Of a DNA stretch of 64,000 bases, positions 32,436 to 59,379 are shown piece after piece (position 1 is the stretch's first letter; each line of letters starts with the position of its first letter). The DNA lies in the NCBI GenBank assembly GCA_002269645.1, contig NIVC01000013.1, positions 682,001 to 746,000 of the forward strand, written 5' to 3'. The notes below the pieces were generated by a model, which had not been told where the DNA came from, did not search any database, and saw only the letters and a list, made by a program, of their open reading frames with translations. Source of the stretch: Macrostomum lignano (Eukaryota). A program made the translations under genes and the position numbers.

Positions 32436-35400
32436 TATCAGCCCCAATTTTATGAATATCGCGGTGGCAATATTTCAGATGTTGTTACAATTTTTTCCTA
32501 TACGTGTGTTTGTCTTGCGTAAAAAAGAAATTAATAAAATTCGCGTATTTCTCAGTGTCGCAATCTCTGCCATGTAGCAACTTTTGCTGGTTCAAACTGC
32601 GAGAGTGGGAGGGAGGTATTCAAGCAGTGCAGCGTGGTCTCTAGCGTAAAACAGTGTAAAATTGAAAACTTTACAGCACGAGTATTTGACGCACTGCTCG
32701 GGCCAGGGAAAGAACTGCTGAATCATGCCAGCACTGTAATCTGTAGCTATTAAGAAAAAACCGCTGCCGCGTGTGCGACTTGGACTGTTTCCTACTATTT
32801 TTTCATTCCTTTAACCCTCCTTGCCGTCTCTCTCTCTCACTGAACTGCGCACTCTCCCCAAGTCTTCTCTTTAACTCCACTGCACACGGCTATAGGATCT
32901 CTGCTGTAAGACACTGCTTGTTGCTTACTTTCAAATCGATCTGGGCAACTTTTCACCGTGTCTCAGTCTTTTTTTTATTTCTTTTATTTCGTTTTTCCTT
33001 CGTTTGTGTCCGGTTTTTTCGTTCGTTTTTCTTCGATCCGAGCAAAATACTGTCTCAATTATTGTTTTGCGGCCATTGACTAGTTTTTAGTTATTGTTAT
33101 ATTATTATTAGTTGTCCAAAATTGCAACTTTAAACCCTATAATTATTAGCTATGAGCAACAGTCGGTTTCCGCTTTCAAAATTTGTCCGTTTTTTGTTTA
33201 AAGATTAACGTTTTTTAGTGATAAGTTTTCAAACAAAATCAAATCGCTTTCTTTATGCCAAAACGCTTAGAAATTGTTGTTATATTTACTAGTATATTTA
33301 CAGTGCTTAGCTGTGAAGGCTCGGTTTCAAGTTTGCGTGTCTGTGACATTCTTCTTTTGCCCACTATTTCTGTCTTGTAGTGTTGTACCGTCTGACATCA
33401 GCAGCGCTAACGTTTGGCGGCCGCAGTGAGCCCAGCTGATTAAATAGAATAAAAACAGGTTTTTTTTCTCTTTGCGCTCAAATGTCCCTTTCACGTGTGT
33501 CTCTGAGGATTAATCTTCTGCTCAATTGCTACTTTGTTGTTAGTTATTTCTGTCTAGTAGCTCTCGCCCTTGAAAATTAGACTAAGGTAATAATAAATCA
33601 TAAAATAATAGTGCGGCTAAACGACATGTATTAAACCTTGGTCAGCAAATAAGGCACTAAGTATTAGCCTTAGTCAATTGTCAGCGCTAAGTATGTTTCG
33701 CCAATCCAGTCGGTAGCTAATTATTTCGCGCAATTTGATATGCCGCCCCATGCGAGGACCGGATCAATCTCTTCAGATTATGAATCTTTTCTTTCTTTGC
33801 AAAAAACCGGTGTGGCGAATTTTTAGCGCCAGAATGGTATTTCTGCTACAAACAACCGTACTCACAGTAGTCAACTATAGATTTTAGTCGCAAAACGAAG
33901 TAAATCTATTAAGCTCAAAATTTTCGTGATAGTAAATTTTTTGTTTAGGTGGCCGCAGTCTGCTTTGGAATTATACTTTTCACATGATGCTTAATATAAT
34001 AAGGGTGATTATTTAGTATACATGTAGTTGGACTAGCACCTACAGTCATTTTTATCATTTTATCATTTATGATAAATTTTATCATTTTTAGCTTAATGAT
34101 GACTGTAACAGAATGATAAAATCGATTCATAAAACGAAATGAGTCGATCGAGTTGTGCCATTTTTGTAATTTTTAGGCGTGGGACATGCGTAGGATATAA
34201 AATTAATAACAGAATCCTAATTTTCTAAAAAAATCTATGAATATCAATAGAACCACAAGAAAGGCAAGATATACATGTATCAAAAATGAACATTGGGTCT
34301 CCCTTCTTATCAAAAGCTGTCATTTTTGTGCTGAAGTAAAACAGCTGCTATCTCCATAATCTGTTTTTCGGTTAAAAAAACCCTAGCTGCCTACTAAATT
34401 TCTTTCAAGAAATGTAGTTCTTCGTCTATTAATACTTATAAAGTCGCTCTTAATTGATATTAATTCAGTAAAATAATACGAGTATATCATTCTCAAGCTT
34501 CTATGCAAGATGGCTTATAATAGCAGTATAGGTTGAATACAATTGTAGTGAGCATCTGACCTTGAATTAAGAATTTGCTGACTAATGTATAATTAGCTCG
34601 AAGTTTTAAAATAATCTGGTGTTGGCGACCGCTATATCGCTGTAGATTATTGATTTGCGGTTATCTTTAGCAATCATAATTAATAAAGATTTTAAACAAC
34701 GTGGAGCTCTGCCCCAGGTGAATTGAAGTTGCTCTTATATAGCATCATCGCCTGCACGTACCTGCGATGTACTCGTACGATAGGTAGAGAAGATGAATTG
34801 TAGAGTTTTCGTGTTACAGCTCGAGATTGATTAATGATTGTCAATCAAAAAAAGGCAACAGGTAAGCCATGATGCAAAATTGACCAAGTTTTGTTTTAGC
34901 TGACTATATATTTGTGAATGCATGATGTACACAATTATATTTTGTTTTATTATACGAGTAGACGAACATCTACAATTTAGTTTGTAAAGTACAATAAATA
35001 ACGGAATTTTGACATTTTTCTTAACGAGAATGTTCGTCACTTAAACAGAGTGCGTTAACTGTTGTTGAGTGCGGAGCCTATATTTGTCATGAAGCGGGCT
35101 AAACACTTCATAAACGTAACAGTATGTTAACAGAAAGAAATTGCAAAATTACATCAATAGCGACACGTGAGAATTTCGGCAAGTACGAATATAAATTTGT
35201 ACTTTTGCCTCCTAACAATTACATGCAGCTACCAATTATGATTTGTTTAAATTTTCTAACGAGTGACGTTAAACTATAGCGTTAGCATGCTTTAATAATT
35301 ATACTGCTATCAAAACTTGAAGATTTCATTTTGCATCTAGGGGCTGCGCAAAGAATTGAGATATAAATATAGCTTTAAAATCGAAATTCTACACAGAACA

Positions 35401-36851
35401 TTAATTGACACATTTTACAGTTTTAACAATACATTTATGTTACACAAACACAAAGAACGAACTTGATACATTCCCAAAAATCCTAAAATTAAGAGGAAAA
35501 ATTGCAAAACCGAAGCTAAGGATTTCAATTTTATTAACAAAACAATATGTTCATAGCTTAATGAATAAAATGAAAACTTTATAAATCACGACAAACAATT
35601 GTTCATGTCTCATTGCAACAAGCAAATCTAAATGTTTATACATGTATAGCTATATAACGTAGTGTACACCTTTGGACAATGGCTACACAGGCTTAGTATT
35701 CCACAATTGATCAAACTACTGTTGCACATCCAGTATACAAAAGTGAAGAATCTACACAAAAATAACATTGCTCATAGAGGAAAGATGCATTATTATATTA
35801 TGATGCAAAAATAGAGGACGTGCAACATCAAAAGCAATTCGCAAAACTTGAGAAGTGCATCGATTATTCTGTGCAAAACGCGTGCGCAAATGCACACACA
35901 TTGTCAAAAAGCTTAACATATTCTCAGTCAGAATATTTGACTTTTTAAAATCTTTACTAAAATATTTGAAAACATATAAATCGATGAGGTATTTATGATG
36001 AGGTTTTCTGTAGTTCACCAGCGGAATTAAGACGGATTCGCGTCAAACAGATGTCACAGGCGAATGGGCGTTTTCACATTGCACCGACGGATATGACCGT
36101 TGGTGTAATATAGCTCGTACAAGTACACACATCTCCATCGGATTGCTATACAGCCGGTAAACTAAGTGTTAACAACAGTGCATAGCGTGGAGTAGCGGTG
36201 TGGATAAAAAAGAAACCTTCCAGTTTCTTGTTTACAAACCCCCGTTGTGCTGTAACGATGCTCAGATCCATCATCTCAGCTCTCAGCACGGATGCCATAA
36301 AACAAAAATTTTAAATAACAGAACCGACGCTTCTTACGACAAAAGAACATTTTTCAAGCAAAGCAACTACCGTGAGAATCTTTTCGTTAGCTTAACAATA
36401 AATGACAAAACTTAACACACACCTTAATGCAATTATCTCATTATATAGGCAAGGACTTTAGCATTTGAACAGGACTTACGTGTGATAATTATATAAAAGT
36501 ACAATAAAGAAGCATTCCAGGAATAATAAAAGAATACAAAGCAGGTATTTTTATTCAAAATGTTTAGAAGTTAAAGTCTGCAGGAAAGTTCATTGCTCCT
36601 ATTGCATAATGAATAACGTAGTTTGTGGCGTACGCCCGAACAGTTTGAGAAGTTCTCGGCAGCGTAAAACACAATACTTTGGAATTAAACCCTTGCTTGT
36701 AATTGAATTGACTAAAACAATATGTGCGTTCATAATCAAATTCCGAAGCAGCTGTCGCACGGGTGTATATCATTGTGCTTGTGCTAGATTGACGTTGGCT
36801 ACCTCAAATCGAGTTATCAAGATGTCGAAATTCGCAAAAACCTGTACTACT

Positions 36852-48930
<12,079 letters not shown>

Positions 48931-49059
48931 GCCGCCCTCGTGTCCTTGGCCGCGACTGCCGCCGCTTCCGCTCTGGTGATGCGAACCGCCGTAGCCCTCC
49001 TTGTGGTGGCTGCCAGCAAAGACGACGTCCCGAAAGTGGCCTGCGGTTGTGAGTTGGAG

Positions 49060-49960
49060 ACTGAGAGTGAATGTGAGACACTGAGATTGGAACTGATAGT
49101 GAATGTGAGACACTGAGATTGGAACTGAGAGTGAATGTGAGACACTGAGATTGGAAGTGAGAGGAAAGGTGAGTAAGTTTGAGAGTTAGGGTGAGAGAGT
49201 GAGGGTGAGAGAGTGAGGATGAGATTGAGAGTGAGGGTGAGAGCGAAGGTGAGAGTGAGAGTGAGGGCGAGAGTGAGGGTGAGACTGAGGGTGAGAGAGT
49301 GATGGTGAGCGAGTGAGGGTGAGAGTGAAGGTGAGGGTGAGGTTGAGAGTGAGGTTGAGGGTGAGGGTGAGAGTGAGGGTGAGGGTGAGGGTGAGAGTGA
49401 GGGTGAGGGTTAGAGTGAGAGTTAGGGTGAGAGAGTGAGGATGAGATTGAGAGTGAGGGTGAGAGCGAAGGTGAGAGTGAGAGTGAGGGCGAGAGTGAGG
49501 GTGAGACTGAGGGTGAGAGAGTGATGGTGAGCGAGTGAGGGTGAGAGTGAAGGTGAGGTTGAGGGTGAGAGTGCGGGTGAGGGTGAGGGTGAGAGTGAGG
49601 GTGAGGGTTAGAGTGAGAGTTAGGGTGAGAGAGTGAGGTTGAGATTGAGGCTGAGAGTGAGGTTGAGATTGAGGCTGAGAGTGAGGTTGAGATTGAGGCT
49701 GAGATTGAGACTGAGAGTGAGGCTGAGAGTGAGGGTAAATTTTAGAGTGAGGGTGAGAGTGAGGGTGAGAGAGTGAGGGTGAGAGAGTGAGGGTGAGGGT
49801 GAGAGTGAGGGTGAGAGAGTGAGGGTGAGGTTGAGAGTGAGACTGAGAGTGAGGGTGAGGGTGAGGGTGAGGATGAAATTGAGGGTGAGTGTGAGGGTAA
49901 GAGTGAGGGTGAGGGTGAGAGTGAGAGTGAGAGTGAGAGAGGGTTAGAATGAGATAGTGA
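49060..49960. repeat. Degenerate (GAGRGT)n hexamer repeat
   Basis: Runs of GAGGGT/GAGAGT. Confidence 0.92.
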
Positions 49961-50752
49961 GACTGAGACTAAGTGCGAAATCAAGTGGCAAATTTCAAAT
50001 ATAAAAAATCTTTCAAATCTTGAAATAAATCCCATGCAATAGATGTTTACCTTCTTTTCGCAATGCCACTTTGATGTTGTTTGTCTAACTGTTTTGCTCT
50101 GATCGAGTTTAGCGCTCAAATCAATTGATCAACTTTGCTAATAAAGGGGATTAAACAGTACTATAGCTTAATCTTCTTCTATTCTACAGATGCAAAACTA
50201 CTGAAAAACACTAACGAACTAACAGGCAGGGCAGTGCTAATCTGCATCTACCTGAGGTGAGAATATCATAGTAAACAGCAGCTTAGATAGGTGAAACGGT
50301 TGAAGAGGGGAAAGAAAAAAAAACAGATTTTCCTGAGCTGAGACTTTTTCTAGGTATTTCTCTGCGACAGGCTCCGCTCCGTGATTGGATTCTGCCTAGC
50401 AACCAACCATGAGCTGAATCTGATGTTGATGAGAACAGTTCTTTATTTCTCTTCCCGTGTGTCAGTAAAATGCAAATTGCACTTTTATTTTGTCACTGCT
50501 GTTTCAACAATTCATAAGCAATACTAATTCAGTTGGACATCTTGAATCAATATTTTGATAAACAATAGAACAGTATTCTCAGCTCGGAAATTTCAGAAAC
50601 TCATTTAAATTTTTAGGTAGTAGGCAAACATTTAAATACTACTTATCGGGAGTAGCGAGTGCAGAAAATGCTTATTTAACCTGTACAGTGTATGGCTGCC
50701 CATTCTGCCCATTCTGGCAACACCTGAGCAAATACTGAGCACATGCAATCAC

Positions 50753-51108
50753 TATCCAAGGGGCGCCATCGCTATCCAAGGGGCGCCATTGATATCAAAG
50801 GGCGCCATTGATATCCAAGGGGCGCCATCGTTATCCAAGGGGCGCCATCGATATCCAAGGGGCGCCATTGATATCAAAGGGCGCCATTGATATCCAAGGG
50901 GCGCCATCGTTATCCAAGGGGCGCCATCGATATCCAAGGAGCGCCATCGATATCCAAGGGGTGTCATCGATATCCAAGGGGCGCCATTGATATCCAAGGG
51001 GCGCCATCGTTATCCAAGGGGCGCCATCGATATCCAAGGGGCGCCATCGTTATCCAAGGGGCGCCATCGTTATCCAAGGGGCGCCATCGATATCCAAGGG
51101 GCGCCATC
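50753..51108. repeat. 20-bp minisatellite TATCCAAGGGGCGCCATCGA
   Basis: Period 20, ~18 copies. Confidence 0.95.
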
Positions 51109-51526
51109 TCAAAAGGCACCAAGTCTACCATATCGCCGCACTAAATCAGAAAGATTTAAACAAAAAACAAATTTATAAATTAAAACTTACGTTCTCAAAG
51201 GTGTGATTGCTGTTTTAAATGGCCACGGTTGAAAATATTTGCTGAGACCTGCAGGGATTGAAGCAGTCGTAGTCGGCAATTTATAAAAGTTGTTTTTCAA
51301 CTGAAATTCTATTTGCAATTCGAATTTTTGACAAAAGCGATTAAATTTTTGTACTAGTCTCCATTCCTATCATTAACTTCAATAAAAATCTAACAAGTAT
51401 GCTGCCTCACTTCTTTGACATCAGCGATACAAACCCTTTAAAAGCTTTTCAATAAGAATGACGGTTCAAAAGTTTGAGATATGTACATATACAAGCAATG
51501 TTTTTAAAAAATAAAACAGATCACAG

Positions 51527-51985
<459 letters not shown>

Positions 51986-52481
51986 TAACAAACAGTCAAT
52001 CAATGTCCTTAATTATCTACTTATCGAGTAGCACATTCAGCAAACAGCAATTATGCGTTTATCTATATTTTCAGAACTCCGAAGTCAAACTGGTATGTCC
52101 TCAAGGAGGTTGCAACGAAAGTATTCATTATTTTGTTAATCATGAAAATGACGCAATTTCGAGAAATGATGGACAATTGTTCAACGTTGTCTGTGTCAGT
52201 TACAGCCAGACTGCATCAGCTGTTTGTATTACCTGTGAATGCACATCAGCTTAGCAGGAGTTGGTATCGCATAACAATGTAAGTTAGAGATAAAATTGCG
52301 CGCGTATTTAAAAAACGTGGCTAGTTGTTTGATAAATAAAATAGTGCCTATCAATATAAATTGTTGCCTAGAATAGACTAGATGCAGGTGTAAATTAATT
52401 TTTTGTAACATATTGATATGCTAAGTAACAGAGAACAACTATTGGCAAACAAAGCATAAGGGCTTTTACTAAACTGAACTA

Positions 52482-53694
52482 GCAATTAGAAATCTATGGC
52501 TCAGCAATTAGAAATCTATGGCTCAGCAATTAGAAATCTAATGGCTCAGCAATTAGAAATCGAATGGCTCAGCAATTATAAATCTATGGCTCAGCAATTA
52601 TAAATCTATGGCTCAGCAATCAGAAATCTATGGCTCAGCAATCAGAAATCTATGGCTCAGCAATCAGAAATCTATGGCTCAGCAATTAGAAATCTATGGC
52701 TCAGCAATTAGAAATCTATGGCTCAGCAATTAGAAATCTATGGCTCAGCAATTAGAAATCTATGGCTCAGCAATCAGAAATCTATGGCTCAGCAATCAGA
52801 AATCTATAGCTCAGCAATCAGAAATCTATGGCTCAGCAATTAGAAATCTATGGCTCAGCAATTAGAAATCTATGGCTCAGCAATTAGAAATCTATGGCTC
52901 AGCAATTAGAAATCTATGGCTCAGCAATCAGAAATCTATGGCTCAGCAATCAGAAATCTATAGCTCAGCAATCAGAAATCTATGGCTCAGCAATTAGAAA
53001 TCTAATGGCTCAGCAATTAGAAATCTATGGCTCAGCAATTATAAATCTATGGCTCAGCAATTATAAATCTATGGCTCAGCAATCAGAAATCTATGGCTCA
53101 GCAATCAGAAATCTATGGCTCAGCAATTAGAAATCTATGGCTCAGCAATTAGAAATCTATAGCTCAGCAATTAGAAATCTATGGCTCAGCAATCAGAAAT
53201 CTATGGCTCAGCAATCAGAAATCTATGGCTCAGCAATTAGAAATCTATGGCTCAGCAATTAGAAATCTATAGCTCAGCAATTAGAAATCTATGGCTCAGC
53301 AATTAGAAATCTATGGCTCAGCAATCAGAAATCTATGGCTCAGCAATTAGAAACCTGTAACTCAGCAATTAGAAATCTATGCCTCAGCAATTAGAAGTCT
53401 ATGGCTCAGCAATTAGAAACCCCAACTCAGCAATTAGAAACCCCAACTCAGCAATTAGAAACCCCAACTCAGCAATTAGAAACCCCCAACTCAGCATTAG
53501 AAACCCCCAACTCAGCAATTAGAAACCCCCAACTCAGCAATTAGAAACCCCCAACTCAGCAATTAGAAACCCCCAACTCAGCAATTAGAAACCCCCAACT
53601 CAGCAATTAGAAACCCCCAACTCAGCAATTAGAAACCCCCAACTCAGCAATTAGAAACCCCCAACTCAGCAATTAGAAACCCCCAACTCAGCAA
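52482..53694. repeat. 22-bp minisatellite CTCAGCAATTAGAAATCTATGG grading into CTCAGCAATTAGAAACCCCCAA
   Basis: Period 22; variant switch near 53350-53420. Confidence 0.96.
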
Positions 53695-54192
53695 ACGAAA
53701 ATACACATTTTGTAAATAGCAAAACTGCTATTCTAACGAATAAAACAAAATTAGTTATGCATAATTTCCATAACTAATAAGTGAAATCAAAAACATGTAA
53801 GTTTTTGTTAAAATACAAAATGAACGCAGTTAATTTTACACGATAAATGATATACCATAAAATTAATTGTTTGTTTTACGAGAACGTTTTTAAGTGCGAT
53901 TACTAATTTTGAGTGCCAATAATTTCAAGTGCTGGAATACTGGTACGAGCTAAAATTGTATATGTACGATTAACAATGTCAGAAAAAAAGCTATTTACGA
54001 GCTTTATTCCAAATCGCCAATTACGTATATACTAGTAAATTACGCCGTATAACCGACAAGAAATTTACTTCTAATGAATTATTATTACTATGAGTAGTCT
54101 GCCCCTTTCATTGATGTCGTTAACTGTGTCATACAAAATATATTAAATTTAAGACTATGCTTCATTAGCTATTAGATATATTGTGCTTCACT

Positions 54193-54345
54193 AAATAATA
54201 ATATAATAATAATTGATTACACCTGCCCAATGGGCAGATGTGCAACCGACAGCTCAGCCGCAGCTATTGCGCGGCGCATCTGAAGGCTGCGTACGGCTGT
54301 TCAGTCCAAGGACTGGGGGGTCGCCACACACACCCTCAATTACCC
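54193..54345 (-). mobile_element. Short LINE 3' end with (ATT)n-like tail; same family as 18284-19667
   Basis: 54236-54309 aligns without gaps (74 nt, 12 mismatches) to 18321-18379 + 19166-19180. The minus strand ends in ATTATTATTATATTATT. Confidence 0.65.
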
Positions 54346-54350
54346 CTCAA

Positions 54351-54590
54351 GGGGTTGTAGCCTAGTGGTTAGGGTGTCGGACTCACGACTTGAAGGTCGG
54401 GGGTTCGATTCCCGATCCCTCTGCAACAATTTGTGTCCTTGAGCAAGACACTTAACTCTGCGTTGCTTCAGTTTACCCAGCTGTAAAATGGGTACCAGCA
54501 TTAGCTTCACTAAAACAACAAGCATTTGTACATCATTGCGTAAGTTACTGCCGGCATCAGACACCCGTCGTGTGCAAAATCACTGATTAA
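54351..54590 (+). mobile_element. tRNA-derived CORE-type SINE
   Basis: A box TAGCCTAGTGG and B box GGTTCGATTCC, followed by TGTGTCCTTGAGCAAGACACTTAAC...CAGTTT...CTGTAAAATGGG, which resembles the MIR/CORE central domain. 3' boundary approximate. Confidence 0.8.
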
Positions 54591-54855
54591 AACAAACACA
54601 CCAAAATACGCCAATATTTATAAAACAGACTGTACACAGAAACGAGACAAAGAATCTTACTAAAATATGAAAATAGTTTTATACAAAAATATTAGATCGT
54701 TTTTTAATTGTTTTAATAGATATAAAAGTGCACATCTGATTTATCTGACAAAGGGAAAATTTCGTTCGGTAAATGAAATCGAATTCAAATTTGCTAACAT
54801 CTTAGAAGCGCAGGATGTCCGTCATGCCAAAGTACAGTATCGGAGCTCGATTCGG

Positions 54856-55114
<259 letters not shown>

Positions 55115-55248
55115 ATAATTCTCAAGTGATAAAACATATTTCAATAGTGCTTCAAAGACGATTTAACAATGCCCTTTTTAATGCAATTTTGAATTGGATT
55201 TGATTTACCGAACTGACTAATTATAGTCAAACTGCTCTGACAAGGTGT

Positions 55249-57973
55249 CTACACGGAGCTGCTGCCTCTGTTGACACTCTCCAGCAGTCTGTTGATATCA
55301 TCCTCCGTTCCCGTGATCTTGGCTTGTCGATAATTCTTCCACATTGTGGTGGCAACGTCCAAGGCGATGAGGTCGCTGGCCAGGTTGGACACGGCCTGCA
55401 GGATGAACACCCCATCAGCTCCAAGACTGAAGTTCACGAACTTGGCGCAGTCTCTCTCCTCGGTGTTGGATATGAGTCGCATGGCTCTGAGGTACTGCTT
55501 GATGAAGGCGACTCTGCTGGCGGGAATCAAGGTCTTGAAGACCCAATAGAACGTGTTTAGTAGGGTGAGGCCGGCCAGTAAGAGGAACCAGAACCACAGG
55601 AAAATGTACACCTTTTCAACGAAATGATTGATTGGTAGTACGCATTGGACTGTGTACCTGTGGGTTGAGAAACAGTTGTTGTGTATTTATCATAGAATTC
55701 AATAAAAAGGCTAAAAGTACATTTCGAAAAAATGCTGCTTTATTTTAAGAAAGTTGATGGGGGCAATGAGAACTGCAATGGGAAGAATGAGATCTGCAAT
55801 GGGAAGAATGAGAACTGCAATGGGAAGAATGAGATCTGCAATGGGAAGAATGAGATCTGCAATGGGAAGAATGAGAACTGCAATGGGAAGAATGAGAACT
55901 GCAATGGGAAGAATGAGAACTGCAATGGGAAGAATGAGAACTGCAATGGGAAGAATGAGAACTGCAATGGGAAGAGTGAGATCTGCAATGGGAAGAATGA
56001 GAACTGCAATGGGAAGAATGAGAACTGCAATGGGAAGAATGAGAACTGCAATGGGAAGAATGAGAACTGCAATGGGAAGAGTGAGATCTGCAATGGGAAG
56101 AATGAGAACTGCAATGGGAAGAATGAGAACTGCAATGGGAAGAATGAGAACTGCAATGGGAAGAATGAGAGCTGCAATGGGAAGAATGAGAACTGCAATG
56201 GGAAGAATGAGAACTGCAATGGGAAGAATGAGAACTGCAATGGGAAGAATGAGAACTGCAATGGGAAGAATGAGAACTGCAATGGGAAGAATGAGAACTG
56301 CAATGGGAAGAATGAGATTTACAATGGGAAGAATGAGATCTGCAATGGGAAGAGTGAGATCTGCAATGGGAAGAATGAGATCTACAATGGGAAGAATGAG
56401 ATCTGCAATGGGAAGAGTGAGATCTACAATTGGAAGAATGAGATCTGCAATGGGAAGAGTGAGATCTACAATTGGAAGAATGAGATCTGCAATGGGAAGA
56501 GTGAGATCTGCAATGGGAAGAATGAGATCTACAATGGGAAGAATGAGATCTGCAATGGGAAGAATGAGATCTGCAATGGGAATAATGAGATCTGCAATGG
56601 GAAGAATGAGATCTGCAATGGGAAGAATGAGATCTACAATGGGAAGAATGAGATCTGCAATGGGAAGAAGGAGATCTGCAATGGGAAGAATGAGATCTGC
56701 AATGGGAAGAATGAGATCTGCAATGGGAAGAATGAGATCTGCAATGGGAAGAATGAGATTTACAATGGGAAGAATGAGATCTGCAATGGGAAAAAATTAA
56801 ATCTGCATTGATAAAGTGCAAATATAGATAGAAATCTGCAAAGAAATGCAAAATTGAAAAAGGGTAAGAATTAGCTATACGAAGAGAAAACTAGAGGGGA
56901 TTAACAAAGAATAGCTCGGCGAGTGCTGCCTTCCCATTCGCGAGCAAATTAATTACTCCCATTCTGCTGCCCAATACAGTCAGTACCTATCTTCAGCCGA
57001 AAATATTCTCCAGGGGATTTGAGCAGAGCTCTATCTCTTTAGGCGGGCCCCAACCTGGATTAGGGGAGAATGAGGTTTCGGGGAGACAACCCGAACTGAT
57101 CGACTGAATGATGAGGCAGCCCAATCTCCTAATTCCATTTCCCTAAAAATGTTGTTTGTCTCTCAGTCGACTGTCTATTCGCCTCAGAGGCCGTGGGGAT
57201 CAGTCATCCTCTAATCCCCCCAGTCCCATTTCTCTGTCTGCTTGCTCTGCAGCTACCTGGACGGTAGAGTGTCCTTTTGAGTTCGTTTATCGTGTGATTT
57301 GGTAATTGATATGCTTGTAGTAAGAAGATTGGGAGAGAAAGGAGAGAGACAAAGGAGAGGGAGAGAAGAGGAAGAGGTAGAGTGAGATGGAGAGTGAAAC
57401 GGGGACGGAGAGGGAGAGAGGAGAGAGGGAGAGGGAAAGGGAGAGGGAGAGAGGAGAGAGGGAGAGGGAAAAAGAGAGGGAGAGGGAGAGGGAGAGGGAG
57501 AGAGGGGAGAGGGAGAGGAGAGAGGAGAGAGGAGAGGGAGAGGGAGAGGGAGAGGGAGAGAGGGAGAGAGGAGAGAGGAGAGAGGAAGAGGGAGAGGGAG
57601 AGAGGGGAGAGGGAGAGGAGAGAGGAGAGGGAGAGGGAGAGGGAGAGGGAGAGGGAGAGAGGGGAGAGGGAGAGGGAAAAAGAGAGGGAGAGGGAGAAGG
57701 AAAGAGGAGAGAGGGAGAGGGAGAGGTAGACGGAGACGGAGAGGGAGAAGGTTGGGAAAGGAATGGTTGCACAGGAGAATCGATAAAGATCAATGGGTTC
57801 CAGAGTCAGCGGCTTCCGACAGGGCAACTTAAAAACGAGAGAATAAACGGTTGAGTAGCCTCTGCCTCTTTCTGCTTTTTTCTGCTTTTTCGCAAAAGAA
57901 GCTCAAATTAACTTTCAGGCTTTAACTTTTTGTAAAAAAGATGAAAAAGCTGAGCTAGATTGCTGTCCTCTCT

Positions 57974-58043
<70 letters not shown>

Positions 58044-59379
58044 GTGTAGCCCTCTGAAGATTGCAAATCCTTTTTTTACCCAGGCCGCCCGGGTAGCCAG
58101 AGAAGACGTGACAATTTTACAAATGAAAAGAGACGAAAGAAGATCGTTTAAAAGCAGAGATATGGGGCGGAGCTGAAGTGCGGGGGTCGTGTCAGAATCC
58201 AGTTAGTTGCTACGCTCTCACGATTGGTGAATAGCAATAATTAGAACTATAGAAAAACTCCTTAAGTTTGCTGCTAGAATTTCTGATTTCAGAGGCTGAT
58301 TTCTTGGGAAACTCTTCCTGGGATTTCTTGAGAGAATTTTAGAGTGGCTGTTCCCACCTGGCTTGTTGGGAAAGGAATCTATATTTATGAATATTAAAAA
58401 TGCCTAGAAACTCTATACGGACTTTAGATTTGCTAAGAATGTTGTAAAGCTAATTGGTAAAAATTTCTGTGTAAATCATCTTAACTTACTTCCTGCCCCT
58501 CTTCCCACCCCTCTTCCCACCCTTCCCACCCCTCTTCCCGCCCCTCTTCCCACCCCTCTTCCCGCCCCTCTTCCCACCCCTCTACCCGCCCCTCGACCCG
58601 CCCCTCTATCCACCCCTCTTATTCGCTTTAGTCCAATGTCCTCCTCTATCTCCATGCAATTGTGTAGTCTCTTTTATTTGTTACAGCTACTTCACTAAGG
58701 CTTCCCACCAGCAAACGCATATGAATCGCGTACAATACTCACGTCTCGCTCTTGATGCCAAGCTTTCGAATCGGTATCCTACAGTAGGTGACCCTGGGAA
58801 AGTGGCCAGTGCTCTGCCACTCCTCGCCGGCAATCAGCTTAGTAAGAACTTCGTATCCAAAAAGTACAGACTTGGTGCCCAGAAACTGCCGCATGAGGTA
58901 GATTTGGCCAATAGCGTTGCCGATGAACATCAGCCTGACCATCACGAACAGCAGCGTGAGTCGCATTGTCGGATTAAGGCAGAACAGAAACTTCTCAACC
59001 GTGTTCCTCAGTCTCCGGTGCCTGTTGGCCGCCTCCGCCTGCTCTTCCAGAGCCGCCACCAGACACTGGACCGCTTTGCGTCGCAGGTCGGTGTCTGGCA
59101 CGGCTGCACTCCTGGCGTTCTTAATCAGAATCGGCAGACGACGGGCGCCAACTCGCCAGATGAGATGGGGCACCCAGGTGAGCATAGCCTGGCCTGCTAG
59201 CACTATGGCTACCCACTGGTAATAGGTGAGGTGCTGCACCTTGGCTAATTCCTTCGCATTGATTGGAATATCGTCGCTAGCCATGAGGAAATAGGTGTTT
59301 GATACCCAGCAGTAGTTCTCGGCGAAGTCTTCCCAAGCTTTGGAGAACTCTTGCGGCACCCAGCATTGAATTGGTTTGC
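55249..59379 (-). CDS. inx: Innexin B, partial (two 3' exons; first exon not found in the window)
   Basis: Exons 59379-58743 ([12 protein letters not shown]...FAENYCW...YYQWV...[19 protein letters not shown]) and 55657-55249 ([23 protein letters not shown]...SSV*). Same intron phases as innexin A. Confidence 0.93.
55763..56790. repeat. 21-bp minisatellite TGCAATGGGAAGAATGAGA(A/T)C
   Basis: Period 21, ~49 copies, in the last intron of innexin B. Confidence 0.97.
57333..57750. repeat. Polypurine (GA-rich) tract
   Basis: Almost exclusively G/A. Confidence 0.92.
58495..58620. repeat. 14-bp CCCCTCTTCCC(A/G)C repeat
   Basis: Direct reading. Confidence 0.85.

Noticed and set aside
54351-54425. 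tRNA gene (Val-like)
   Set aside because: Acceptor and anticodon stems pair poorly and the sequence runs straight into a CORE domain, so it is a SINE head.
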